Positions 1 through 13,024 of a stretch of DNA of 64,000 bases are shown here, one piece after another. The notes beneath the pieces are model-generated. The model saw only the letters and a list, made by a program, of their open reading frames with translations. It had not been told where the DNA came from and did not search any database. A program made the position numbers and the translations under genes. Position 1 is the first letter of the stretch, and every line of letters begins with the position of its first letter. This DNA comes from Lenisia limosa (taxonomy: Eukaryota > Protista > Breviatea): contig LPNZ01009407.1 in NCBI GenBank assembly GCA_001655205.1, forward strand, positions 2,135 to 66,134. Direction: 5' to 3'.

Positions 1-412
1 TTGATCTTCCCGCTGCAAACCACTTGGTTGGGAGGGACACTCTATTCTCATGTAATTGTCATTCAATGTTTTGATTGTTAAAAGCAGTTCGTGAGTCTTT
101 AATAAATATCATATGATTGTTCATAGAGACACTAATGAGCATCCTGAGATAAGTTTGTGAAAGTTAACACAATTCTTTTAATACCTGTGCTCATAACAGT
201 AAAGTGTTGTCGAAATGAGAAATAGTAAAATAAGGTTGTATCTGGCNNNNNNNNNNNNNNNNNNNNNNNNNNNNNNNNNNNNNNNNNNNTAATCCGCCTA
301 ATCATTTGCCTTAGTGTATGATATGTAAACCTCACTATGCCTTCCTAGCATATTTGTGTTTTGTGGATTCCCAGGGTGCATTTTGCCCGCGTTATGTTAT
401 TTTACCCCTTAG

Positions 413-1270
413 TTTGAAGTATTCCTGGGTATTGGTAGCCTCGTCATTCTGATGGCCTTTGTCATGTATCTTTTGTTCTGTGTCGCTGCTGAGGTCAGGG
501 CGTGTGGAGCAAAATCATATATTCTAATGAAGGGGCTTTTAAGTGATATCAGTTATTTTTATCAATTAGTAATCATGAAGAGTGTATTTGGGCACATCTA
601 AACTAATGTTATTAATGAATGTGATTTTTCATTCTCATGCTTCGAATGAAGGGGCTTGAGTGAATAACTTCCAGTGCGTTTGTAAAAAGCAAAAAATCAA
701 CTCCTAAAAACACGATAATTCTATGTTTTGGATAATCAATCCTGATTTTCTGGTTTTGGCTTTCTGGTGGAGTCATGTGGTTGTATACATTGCATTTGAT
801 GATATGCTGGTGGTTTTAATATAATTTGCGGATGTTAGGGAGGGAACCACTCAGTAGCCTGTTTATCAGAAAGTGTATTATCCTCAAAAATAACACTTCA
901 TGCTAAAAGGGATATTGTGGTTTTTTGTTTCTTACTTTCCTATTGTACCCCCCCCCCCCNNNNNNNNNNNNNNNNNNNNNNNNNNNNNNNNNNNNNNNNN
1001 NNNNNNNNNNNNNNNNNNNNNNNNNNNNNNNNNNNNTTTAGGAGCATGCAAGGTCCAGCAAATATCCGTATCGAACAAGTGGTGACGAGCACTTACAACG
1101 AAGAGGGAGTTTATCATGAAACAGCAACAACAAAAAACAGAAATTGAGTGGTCAATACTGAGAATCACTTTTACAAGCTAAGAACTAACTTGTGGATTGA
1201 TATAACCGTTGTTTTTTCTTCAGTCTTCAGGGAAAATGTCAACAACTTCTTCGTTCAGATATTGTACTGA
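413..1270 (+). CDS. Probable 3' part of a multi-exon membrane protein gene; 5' end and exon chain unresolved
   Basis: AG-flanked exon from 413 reads FEVFLGIGSLVILMAFVMYLLFCVAAE (hydrophobic helix). Further candidate exons at ~1040-1080 and ~1225-1270 (FRENVNNFFVQILY*). Gaps obscure the structure. Confidence 0.3.
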
Positions 1271-1320
1271 TGGGTGAGCTTGTTTTGAAAGCAATTCGGG
1301 AGAACAATTGGGATAAGGAT

Positions 1321-3510
1321 TCAGTAAGCTAAAATTTGGTCATTATTCCGGCTCCAATAAAGAATAAAATCCTTTATTACCCCCCCCCCCTTATTTTTGT
1401 ATTGCTTTGGGGCAAAATCCAGAAGAAACATGAATAAGATAGTGTAGATATCATATTAAAAGTATTCACGTGCAACAGAATACAGCCCTTACCGTGGGTT
1501 TGGGTTTGGGACTGAGATTGAGTCTGTTGGGTTACCAGATTGTCGGGATTGTCTAAGTCTTCCTCATCTCCGTGCTCAGGGTTGATCGTCCATCGCCAAA
1601 ATGTGACTATATTGTCAAACACAATGGGACACGTCCCAGATCCATTAGAATCAAAAAGGACAAAGGAAATAGTTTTAAGGGAGTTAAAGAGGAACTGTTG
1701 GTCCAATTTTCTCTTAACCCACTCACTTTTCTCATTAGAGATGAGTCGTACTTCCGCAATTAATTTACCAAGTCCATCTATTTTCACTATAGTGTGTTAG
1801 TTTAGGAACCACAGAAAAGAAGGAAATGAAAGGACCATCCAAGATACGGTCACAAGCCCCCACGCCCAACTAACATGAAACATGGGTAGATTTGATCATA
1901 CACCTGATGAGCGGTGCAATATTCTCAAATCGGTACCTAATGAAATAAAAATTAAAAATTTGATAGTAATAAAACTTGCGGAATTGGATGAATTAGCCGA
2001 AAAAACGTCAATTTAGAAATAAGTAGTCAATAGAAATGCAATTTCAGTAAGACAAAACTATAAGTTGCATCATCAGAAAACCAACTCTATTGAACCGCAT
2101 TTGGGACAGTCAAAGTGCGAAAAGAAAGGAAGCTTGCCAGGAAGTTCAAACTAAAACAGTAAAAACTATATCATTTCCAGCCTTCTCGAATATCAATCAT
2201 AGGAAGCTCTCTCCACCCCTAACCATTCTTTCGCCAAGATCGCCCTCCACTACAAAAACAATCCGTGGGTCTGACTCGTGCTCAACTGGAGTATACACCT
2301 GAATCTTCAGCGACGGTCCAAAGCTCTCCAGCTCTTTTAGTTGATAGTGCAGAATGTGCGGCTGAATTGTAAGCTGCATATACTTATCGAAAAAAAGTAT
2401 TAGGAGCAAAATGGGGAAATTTTTGGATATCATATCTAAATGTGTGTGGGAGTTTTATTATGAATATGAGTAATTATTTTCCTCCGTCAAGTTCCATGGG
2501 GTTGGAATATCGTTTATTGGCCAGAAAGAAACGTGTTGAAATCAAGTTATATCTTATAATATTAGAGATTTTCATCAGCCAACTTAAAATTCTCGAGAGG
2601 AAAAAAAAAGTCTGCATACCATGTCACAGATTGCTTTGAAAAAGAGCCCATCCGCACTGAACTCGACAGGGTATTCTTCCACAATATACATAAAGGTGCA
2701 CTCGGCCAACACGCCGTCGTTATTCAATCTGCTTCATAAGTGCTGGGAGGATACCATTTAAACAACACATTAACACCAACCAAGTGATTTAAAGCAACAT
2801 AAAAATAAGGTAGGTACCAGTTTTCCAGCCTACAATAAGAACATTTGCTGTTCAGCGTCAGCAATTGCCAAAGTCACTCCAAATTCTGCTTCTCTGAAAC
2901 GTATCAAGATCAAAACCAACTTTTTTCAAAGACCTTTTGGCTTTCATCTCAGAATCAAACTTAATGGATTCATATTCCAATCCGTAGTATAATAATTCAG
3001 TTAAGACAGTTGAACCTCAACGGATTGGAAGTTCACCCCCCCCCCCCCNNNNNNNNNNNNNNNNNNNNNNNNNNNNNNNNNNNNNNNNNNNNNNNNNNNN
3101 NNNNNNNNATAATGAAGGATATCTAAAGAATAAATCATCTTCTTTTATCAATAACCAAATATTTCATCCCTCTGACATGAACAGATTCTCCATTCTCCTC
3201 TGCCAGGTCAAATTGCTCAAAGCTCTTGTCTGTCAGAAATAGACTTCCTGAAAAATTTCATAAAAGAAAAGTACAAGAGCCGCGCGACACCAGACAAAAT
3301 ATCATTTACATACCTGAGAAAGAGTTACATTCTTGTACAATGATCTTGATTCCACTTTTTGAAACGTTGAATAGTGCATTCTCAAAAGTAAAAAATGATG
3401 TGTCTTACGATTTGTAGTCCACGTTTATGGATAAGACCTTGAATTTGTGTGGTGAAATGCTTTCCATCATTGATGGTTGCTTTGAAGGTCAGTCCTTCTT
3501 CCATCACCAT
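1321..3510 (-). CDS. RAD1/Rec1-like subunit of the 9-1-1 checkpoint clamp (PCNA fold), multi-exon
   Basis: Spliced peptides MVMEEGLTFKATINDGKHFTTQIQGLIHKRGLQI|NALFNVSKSGIKIIVQE, SLFLTDKSFEQFDL, FREAEFGVTLAI, YRFENIAPLIR and ISFVLFDSNGSGTCPIVFDNIVTFWRWTINPEHGDEED. Their order and pattern resemble Rad1 as I remember it (ATKNGIKVTVE, GLREAF, RYKISLLKP, acidic tail). Similarity is weak and the 3' end is tentative. Confidence 0.5.
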
Positions 3511-4040
3511 TGCTGGCTGTTTGTGAAGAAGATGGGAACGCGAATGAAAAGATGTGAGAACGTGGTTTCCGTTTTTGGGTGTTTTACCTGTGATGTGCTA
3601 TATAAATAACTATTTTAAATCATATAATATAGAGGAAGAAATTCAAGAGGGAGGAAACGCGCTGGAAACAGGCAAAACAGGCCCACATTAAAGGAGCCGT
3701 TTAGTAATATTAACCGACTCATTACTTGTTTATGGCCCTCCCCCGAACCACCCCCCACAGCCATCGGCTTATTATCAGAACAAAATAAGCTCTTACATCA
3801 TTATACATACACAGAGAAGAGAAGAAGCTGGTTTGCCATGATCTTGGGAAATCCAAAAGCTGTATTGTTGGTAAACTTGGTAATCCAATGTTTGGTGATG
3901 CCAACAAACCCATTTGCATTCAGCCGCTTTTGGTTTCCTTTCTATTTAAGAATGGCTTCCATTATGCCGTCCATTAACCGCTTTAATTTTCATTGGTATC
4001 TTCCGTCTTCTCTTTGCGCCAGTTTCCACCAGCCTTTATC

Positions 4041-7000
4041 ATGTCATCATCTGCACCAAACAAGGTAGGTTCTGATTATATTTCCTTGAGCTTTGATCCA
4101 ATTTGGATGCCATCTCCCTGCGATGTTCTAATTGTAATCAGGGTGACAATGATGCAGGATTTCAGCCAGCCATCAAGGATGAGCCATACTCTCCACCGCC
4201 AAGTGATACAAAACCATTTAAGGTTGGCGGGCATTTTGGGGAATACAATCGGAGGTGGTGAGTGTATGCAGTCTTCTGTTTGGTGTCAGCTCTGAAATAT
4301 TTCAGCCACTTCTCGTCACACGACTGCTTGTTGCCTCGCCCTGCTTGGTCATCATCCTGGTTGTCATGATTCTTGCGGGACTCTTCTATGGAGGCTTTGT
4401 CGCTCATGAGTTCCAAATGGTTTCATTGGGGTAGGCGTATGTTTCTTAGTTGATAACTTGTCATGCTGAACTTGATTAACATTAATAATGCGTTTTTTTT
4501 TTTTTTAATATGTTTTCAACTTCTCTGACCAGTAGTAATTTCTACGCTCGTGACAAGACTGAAGGCCAAAACTGGGACGCCCTAACTGAGGCAGCTTTTA
4601 CCGGCTTTGGCACCGAATACGCCGATTTCTCTCAGGTGGGTGCTTTGAGATTTGAGATGAAGCAAATCCTTTAATCAAGAAATAATAATATTCCTCTCCC
4701 CAATGATGCTTTGATTATCTATGACCTGTCTATGACTTCCTATTTCAAGAAAGGATGATGATTTTCTTTCACCATTTAGGCTGCTGAGGGTTTTGTGACC
4801 CTCTTCATCCACCGCGAAGACGAGAATCTTCTCACACCACGTTACCTCTGCGCCTTCAAGGAGTTTGAGTACATGTTCGAGACTTACGATTCCGAAACCA
4901 CAACAAAGTAGGCAGGTGTGGTTTTCTTTAAGTGTGTTGTATAGGCATAAGTACCGCGTTATTTGCTTAAACACTCTTGTATTAATACAATAACTCGCTT
5001 CAGATATACCCCTAAGAAGAAGCTCACCCCTTCTGGAGAATTGTACAGAGAGGGTGACGTTGAATATGAACTTGATGGAAAGGTGGGTATCTGCATTTTC
5101 CCTGATCTTTGGTATTGTGTTTGCCCTTGCGATACAACATCTCATACCCCCAGTTTACAACATGGTGCCTTCGTGAAGATGATGGCAGTTGTGAGGCTCC
5201 CTTATCTACTGGACCCCTCTTTGAGAAGTATTTTGTGATGGATACCACTGTCTCTCCCGCTGCATGCTCTATGATGGACCAAAATGGTGGGTTATCTTGC
5301 TGTTGAATATCTCTTTAAACACCTTTTATTAAGTGACTATTCAGGAGACCCTGCCACTCAGTTGTTTGTTGACTCTATTCTCAAAGATCACGCTTTCAAC
5401 TCTTCGGTTTACCCCTTTCCCTCTGAATTCACCAAGGAAAGCCTTTCAGGTGAGCCAAAAGTTGTGGTGAATATTTATCAAGGGTTTTATAGTATGACTA
5501 TAAATGATCAAACATCAAAATACGTGTGATAGTTTTACTAAATCTTCAGCTTCTGCCACTCGAAACTATATCACAATTGGAGGACCTCTTCCAGGTTATC
5601 GCAACATCATGGATGACAATGAAGGTTGGTGAATCCTTTTCAAGGACTTTCGCTTTTTCATTGTTGTGATAATTCACATTTTTTTACTTGTTGGCATTTT
5701 GCTCTTTAATTGGATTAGATCAAGCTGCGATTTACAGTGGGTATCTCAAAGACTATGTCAATCCGTATGATGACTGGAATGATAAATGGGGTGATGAAAT
5801 TGAAAGCATTCTCCTTGGCGGAGGTGTATCTGATGCTATCATTGATCGAGTAAGCCGTCCCCCCTGCTTTTCTCATATTACCAGGTTGTGATGAACGATA
5901 TAGTTGTTGCATTTGGTGGAGCTATCGCAACCGTCTTTATTATTCTTTCTTGGCAAACCAAGGTAGGACATTGTTACCCCCTTCACTATGACTTACCTTT
6001 TAGTCCTTCTTCTTGAGTACCGTTGGCATTACGCATATCCTTCTCTCTTTCCCCTCTGCCTGGTTCTTCTACCGCGTCGGATTTGGCATCGAAAATATGA
6101 CGATTTTCAACGCTCTTGTAAGTTATCACGTACCATTCATTCACATCTGACAAATTAGGCCCTTTTCATATGCCTTGCTATTGGCGCTGACGACGTTCTT
6201 GTCTTTACGGATGCTTGGAAGCAAGGGCCTGTCTCAGATGGTAGGGAGATTCAATCACGATTTTAGTTGTCAATATTGCGTGGAAGACTTTGGCGAGAAG
6301 CATTGATTTGTCCTTTCTCGTGTATCTAGTTTCTTACCTTATTGCCTCTACCATTGTGTTTTCTGACCGAACAGGTAAAGAAGGACTTCTCCGTCGTATG
6401 GACTATGCCTTCCGCAGAGCTAGTACGGCCATGCTCATCACGTCATTTACAACTGCCTTTGCCTTCTTTGGTAGGGGTCTTATCCAATGTAATCTCATCT
6501 ATTTCGAAACACTGCTTTAATACCACGCTCAACATATCACCATCATCTTACCACCACGACGTCATAACCATGTTCACTTCTCAGCTACCGCCATTTCCGA
6601 GATTCCCTCTATCCGAGTACTTGGAATCTTCTCTGCCCTCTGCGTTATCATGAACTACCTCCTTGTTATCACGTGGTACCCTGCGTGGATCCTCCTCTGG
6701 CACAAATGGTTTGCGTTTGTTCGACTTTTTGCTTCTCATTTTGAGTTTTCGAATTTTGTGGTGATAGCTAATATCACAAATGGAATAGTTAAATTAACTC
6801 TACAGGAGGTGCTCAGTCCGATGCTGTTGCTGCATGTCATACGCTGGAGACAGGGCCGTTTATGAGTACAATCAAGCTAAATCCCTTCAACTTCAGACCA
6901 ATGAAAATCAGGAGTATGAATTGGAACAGAAGTATGGAGGGTTGTCTTCTGTATCTCAGTATCCCAAATGTATTTTGTGGGAGGCGTGTTTTTCAAATGT

Positions 7001-9789
7001 TTTCATTCATCATTTATTGTTTAGACAAGATGTCGAAAGTGGCCAGCCGAGCCTCACTCCCCCAGGTACGCCTTGTATGCTTTGGGTTTTTTACCTGTTA
7101 TTTGGAGTGATGAGAGGTTGACCAGCTATTTTATTTTAAAATTTTATTACCCTTTCGGTCGTCACCTTTTAGGGACAGCAGACCCTGTTGAGCGGGATGC
7201 ACTGGAAGAAGCTGCACCACCCCTGAGAGTATGTCCAAGATTTTACTATGTATTTTCATTTTCTTAGGAGCCGGTCCGTTTTTTCGAGAAGTTCTACTTC
7301 CACATCTACACTCCTTTCATTAACAAGGTTTGATATAACCAAAGGGCCAGTGAATTATGATTTTTCTTACTCCTTTAGCATGGTTTGAAGCTGATAATTA
7401 CCATGGTGTGTGTGACCATTTGTTTCGCTTATTTCGCCATACAATTACAAGCTATGCAAGAGTTTCCTACTTTCTTCCCCAAAGGTACGAACACAAATTG
7501 AGTTTTGCACGTAAAAATCACCCCCTCCTTACACCCAAGCCCACGATTTCTTCTGTTATATTATAGATTTCTATATGGAGCGCCTTGAGAACTACGTTGC
7601 CACGGAGTTTCCTGTTACGGATGAAGACCCTATTGGCGTTGGTGGACAGAATTGTCACTTGAATTTGTTTTGATGGAAGGCTAATCTGATCCTTTAGATC
7701 AAGTTCTACCACGCCTTTGGAATTGAGGGAATCGACCGCTCTGGCATTGACCAAACAGATGAGCTCAGAAAGGGAGAAACAGGTTCGTTTTCTGGCTTTA
7801 ATTTTCATCAGATATAATTGTATTCTCTCTTAACTTTTCCAGTCTTCTTTGACAACTTCGATGTTACATCAGAAGAAGCACAGCAGTTCATTTTTGACAC
7901 CTGTCTCCTTGCAAGAGACATTGAAGTATCAAGTGGTAAAAAGGTGTGATTTTTGAGGAATACCAATACAAATTTTAGTTCCCAGATCTTTGTCTCATTA
8001 TTTAGGCCGTGTTAAACGAAGGTGTTGCCTGCATAATGGATGTTCTTCGTTGCCATGCTTTGAATGACACAACAATCGGCACGTTCCCTATTCCTCAAAA
8101 CAAAGTGAGTGTTGCTATTTCCTCAACTAGATGTCTAACATTTTCAGTTTAACGACAAGTTATTTGAAGTTCTCAAATCTGACACTCCTATCACCTGTCC
8201 TGGTTCTTTGGGATTCCCTATGCGCGGCTCTTTCTTCAAAGAAATGGCACCTGTTTGAGGGATGTAATATATTCTTCTCCATATTATTACTAAGTTTCTG
8301 ATAACTACTGAATGAAGTTATGGGGATACTCATCAAAATGTTTGTTTTCCTTTTCCTTCGTCAGTATTGTTGTTGCTTTACCTTTTAGCTCGAAAAGTTG
8401 GATGATGGATCATATTCCCTCAAGTACACTTTCCTGACGTACAACAGCACAATGTCAAGCAAACCAAAGTAAGATGAAAAGGCGTGATTTACAATGTCAC
8501 TTGTGTTTGCGTTATGGTTTAATTGTACAGTTTTGATGAAATGGTCGCTCACACTGAACTATGGGCTGATTTCGCCTCAGGTCAAGATGAAAAGGCACCC
8601 AAATCTCTGAAAGTATGATTTCACCATTTTGTGTGTTATCAATGCCATACGAATATCTTTGATCGCACAGAATGGCTTTGTATCTTCAGTCCCCCATTGG
8701 GTTGTTGAAGTTTCGAACATTCTTGTCAGCGGCGCCTTGATTGGAGTAGTCTCATCCCTCATCCTGGCATCTGTCATTATCCTAATAGCTACGAAGGTAT
8801 GAAAACGTTTTAAGATTGTTTGAGCTCATTTTATGCCAAATCGTCATTGCGTCCTTCATTCATACTTTAGAATGTCATTTTGACGAGTCTTGCCATTGTC
8901 TCAATTGTTCAAGTGAGTTCAGAGCTTTGAGATGACCTGACATCATAATCCTGATTCTAGTGTAACCTATTTAGGTGGTGATTGTTGTCATCGGAATCAT
9001 TATTCTTTTTGGCTGGGATCTAGGCATCAGCGAAAGTGTTTCTATCACAGTTGTAAGCTGGATAATTTTAATATTGCTGCTTTAGCAAACTCTTTGATAT
9101 TTTGCTTCTTTTGTAATTATAAACGCAAGTAACTTATTGCCTCAGCTTGTTGGACTTGCGATCGATGCCATTATGCATTTCTGCGTTTCATTCCACGAGT
9201 CTGAGCAACCAACAAGGTTCCTCAAAACGAAGCAAGCCACGACAGAACTGGGAGTTTCAGGTATGTACAGTTTCATTTTGAGATGGAATAAGGGGTTGTT
9301 TTCCTACGATGGTCAAGTGTATCCATCTTGTATTTTACCAAAACTGCACTTCTCACAGCATAATAAGTATAGTAAAAGGAGAATATTGGGTGAATTTTAT
9401 CTGCTCATTTTAGCTCAAGTCTGCCTTTCCCCTCGGATTTACCAAATCAGTTGTTGGAGGCGCCATCACAACCCTTGCATCCTCGTTATTCCTTTGGCCT
9501 GCAACACTATTGGCGGTCAAGATCTTCGGAATGATTCTCTTCTTCATTATCCTAACCGCATTCGTCTATTCACATTGTGGGTCTGGTCTGGGGTATTGAC
9601 TAAGGCATGACTATGAATATTCCATCTTGATAAGGATTCTTTTGTTGTTAATATAGAGTAATTATCAGCTGCTAACAAGTTATAAGAATTATCTTTAACC
9701 CTGCTGCAGGCATGTTCCTCCCGCTTTTGGTACTTGTCGGGCCTGAGGGCACTTCTGGAGATATCCGTTTCTTCTTCAAAAAGAAGTGA
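4041..9789 (+). CDS. Dispatched/Patched-family (RND superfamily, sterol-sensing domain) multipass membrane protein
   Basis: TM1 LVTRLLVASPCLVIILVVMILAGLF. SSD motif ALFICLAIGADDVLVFTDAWKQ (~6160-6230) and RRMDYAFRRASTAMLITSFTTAFAFF. Second RND repeat VGLAIDAIMHF...KTKQATTELGVS and SVVGGAITTLASSLFLWPA. Ends LFLPLLVLVGPEGTSGDIRFFFKKK* at 9789. Confidence 0.85.
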
Positions 9790-10248
9790 TCTTCTTTTTG
9801 TTCATTTGTTATTCATATCATCTTGTTTTAGCTATGGTCGGTTTTGAACTGTTTTGCTCGTTTTAAGTACTTGTGTTATATTATTCTCAGTTTATTGTAT
9901 TTTGGGTGTTTTGAAGTTATTGAGATGTAATTTCGTTTTGAAAATGAGTGTATTTTCATGAGTTCGTTATACGCCTGTATCTAGCAACTCTTTGGCAGCT
10001 CTTATTAAACTCTTATCACATGATATCAACATTAGTGTTACTAGTGCAGCATTTTAACATTCTATTATATTTATTATTTTCATCCATCATTTTCCAGCTC
10101 AACTCGAAAGACTTTGGTCGAATGACCCCCCACTAAATATTTCTATTGGTTTTAGAAACTGTTGTGCCAGCTGGTATGTTCCTATTGTTCTCAAGCTGGC
10201 TAGGAAGTTATCAATTTTATTAATCTATTCTTATAGTAAAGAGGGACA

Positions 10249-11375
10249 ATGGTTTGGAAGTATAGAAAGGAGCACTTACCCTCAGCGGAGCGGCTGATTG
10301 ACGCAGGTGTTGCTAAAATAGATTTTATTATACGCAGTTCAATTGAAAAGAAAGGAACTGCAGTGCTTGGCCTGGTATGCAAACCTCGGACTGTTCCCTA
10401 AATTGCGTATTGCTCTTCTATCCTACCTCTCCCCTTATATATTTCTACATTTTGAGTTTAAATTTATATCGATTATATTTAACTCAATTCCACTCCTGAA
10501 ACATCTTTTCACAGACAACAGAGTGGAGGATCAACCCCTGGCCCAGTTTATCAAAAACTGGCAACTCATGACCTTCCTTGGGATAAGGTCCATATTTTTT
10601 TGATTGACGATCGAATTGTTGAAGACACCCACAAGGACTCTAACCAGAGATTGTGCAAAGACACCATTCTCTCTGCTGCTATTCCAAAAGATAATGGTGT
10701 GTTGATTTCTCTTGTTATGTCCAAGAGTCAGACTATGAACTGATAATTTAGTTGTTTTCCCTGACACGAACTTGCCGGTTGAAAAGTGCGTGAACAAATA
10801 CAACGAAGATATTAAGACCCTAATAGAAAAGCATGGCCCTTGTGACCTTGCTGTTCTTGGACTGGGTAAGGGGAAGCTTTCATCGAATACCTGTTGGTTT
10901 CTGATGAATGATGCTCTCTTCCTTGGTTCCAGTAATTTTTCTAGGGGAAGATGGTCACCTTGCTTCTCTCTTCCCTCCTGTTATTGATTCCGGCTTTTCA
11001 AGTGCAAAGGTCTGCATATCACTCCATGTAGTTTCAATATCAAAAATCCCAAAGAAAGAAACTGACTGGAATACTCATTATTTTCAGTATGCTGTCCACA
11101 CAACCACCGAGAGATTTGCCATCTTTGACCGTATTACAGTAACAATGCCCGTTATTGAGCAGTCAAAAAACAAGGTACCTCCATGAAGTGCCTTTAATTG
11201 CCAAGATTTTCTTCCTGAAGGGAGAGAACAAGCAGCCCGTGTGGAAGGAAATGGAGGAGGCGGAAATGAACCCGAAAAGGTAAGAACCTTTTGAGTCCAA
11301 TTCAAATTTCAACTTAGATGGCCAGCCCACTGCCTGCTTCGCCACGAATCAACTCTTGCCATGTTCACGCCCTAA
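10249..11375 (+). CDS. PGLS: 6-phosphogluconolactonase
   Basis: Spliced motifs GTAVLGL|SGGSTPGPVYQKLATHDLPWDKVHIFLIDDRIVEDTHKDSNQ, DLAVLGL|GEDGHLASLFPP, DRITVTMPVIEQS and WPAHCLL match the 6PGL family. Confidence 0.9.
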
Positions 11376-11474
11376 GGTTGATGGTGGTACACTGTATTCA
11401 AAAGGACATTTCACGATACAATCTTCAACATCCACGCCTATCTTAACGTTATTCTGGGGCCACGGGTCATTTGT

Positions 11475-12688
11475 CTAATGGTCGATTTCCTGAAGGTAGT
11501 CCTTGACTTCTTCGGGCTTGAGGACAGTGAACGTTCCGTCAGCACGGGCAACACCAAGTTCAATGTTCTCGTGCGTCATGCGACCGTCAAATCCTTCCTG
11601 GAGATGTTAATGGTACAATCAAAGGACTTGAATAGAAAAAAAAAGGGAATCTAGGCTAACCGTTCACACCATCTTGTTTTTAAGAATAATTAATAGACAC
11701 AAGTTTGATTGCAGATAATGATAAAAAGGGAGAAGGTTAACTCAATTCAATGCGAATGGACTTCTATACGTGTATTTAGCCAGATTATGTTGTAAAGGCC
11801 ACTTATTAAGGATATTCTCCTCAGAAGACAACAATATGGATCGCTCCCCAACCCACTTTCAAAGTCAATAAGGCGGTGTGAATGGCATCATCAAGCTCCA
11901 TATCTGGGGAGTATCTGAACTAATAAACCAAAATCATGGATGTCGGAGTATGCTGTGATGTTGGGATGAAAAAGATAAAGAAAGAAAGGCACACCTCTTT
12001 TCAAGGAAAGTCTTAGCATTGATCATGTTCTTGCCAATAGCAGTGGCCTTCCATGGGAAAGAGGAGCCTAGAATAAATCAGTATTAATGTCACCATACCT
12101 GAGGGATCAACTTGGTGAAGTGTTGGTCCAGTGTGGTCATAGCCACAAATCAGCATAGAAACACCGAATGGTCTCACACCACTATATCAATAAGCGCTGA
12201 TCGAACAGGCGGTAAACTAACCCTGATTGGGTGTACTCCTGCATCAAAGACGCCACATTCTTTACGACATCCTTAACAGGAGCAGGGTCGTTATAAAGGC
12301 GATGATACGCTTCTGCTTTCTTTCTAGCATGCTCAACCAAGACTTTATAATCGGTTCCCATTCCTAAAATAAAGATTTTTGTGAGATACTAACACTAACA
12401 AAGGAGCTAAATACCTGAATAGACAGAACCGACATGATCAGCAAGAACAGACACCTTCTCAATCGAAGATGCAACAACATGAGGGTTGGGAAGCTTCTTT
12501 TCTGTGGCTAAAACAACACCATTCTTAGCTAAACGAATGGTAAAAAATAGAGTGAAATAAATTTGTTACTAACCACGAATTCCGAGTGAAGTAGGAGCAG
12601 AGCCAACAGCAGCTAACGCGTATTCGATTTGAACAAGCTTCCCAGAAGGCGAAAACGTGGTTAAAGAAAATGAATAAGCTTCACTCAT
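11475..12688 (-). CDS. PSMA2: Proteasome subunit alpha type-2
   Basis: [102 protein letters not shown]...[12 protein letters not shown]. Confidence 0.97.
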
Positions 12689-13024
12689 GATTAGTTAGTA
12701 ATTAAAATGTGTAGATATTTGCAAATTATTATTAATGAAGGTAAATGAAGGCAGAATGAAGGTTGAAAACGGAAATAGCCTTAAATTCGGAAGCATTCGG
12801 AAAGTTCAGTTCTCAACAATTGCCAAGCTGCGACTTGTTGCTATCAAGTTGCTATACCCTTGCTATTTCAGAGTTATTGGTTATTTGTAGAATCTATCTG
12901 CACAATTGCATAATAATTAATTGCTTTTATTTGACTTCAACAGGTTCATTCTTCAGTCATTCTTAGATTCTTAGTATTGATTTAGTCCAATTTGAAACTA
13001 AAAGGGAGTACATCAAATATGTAT

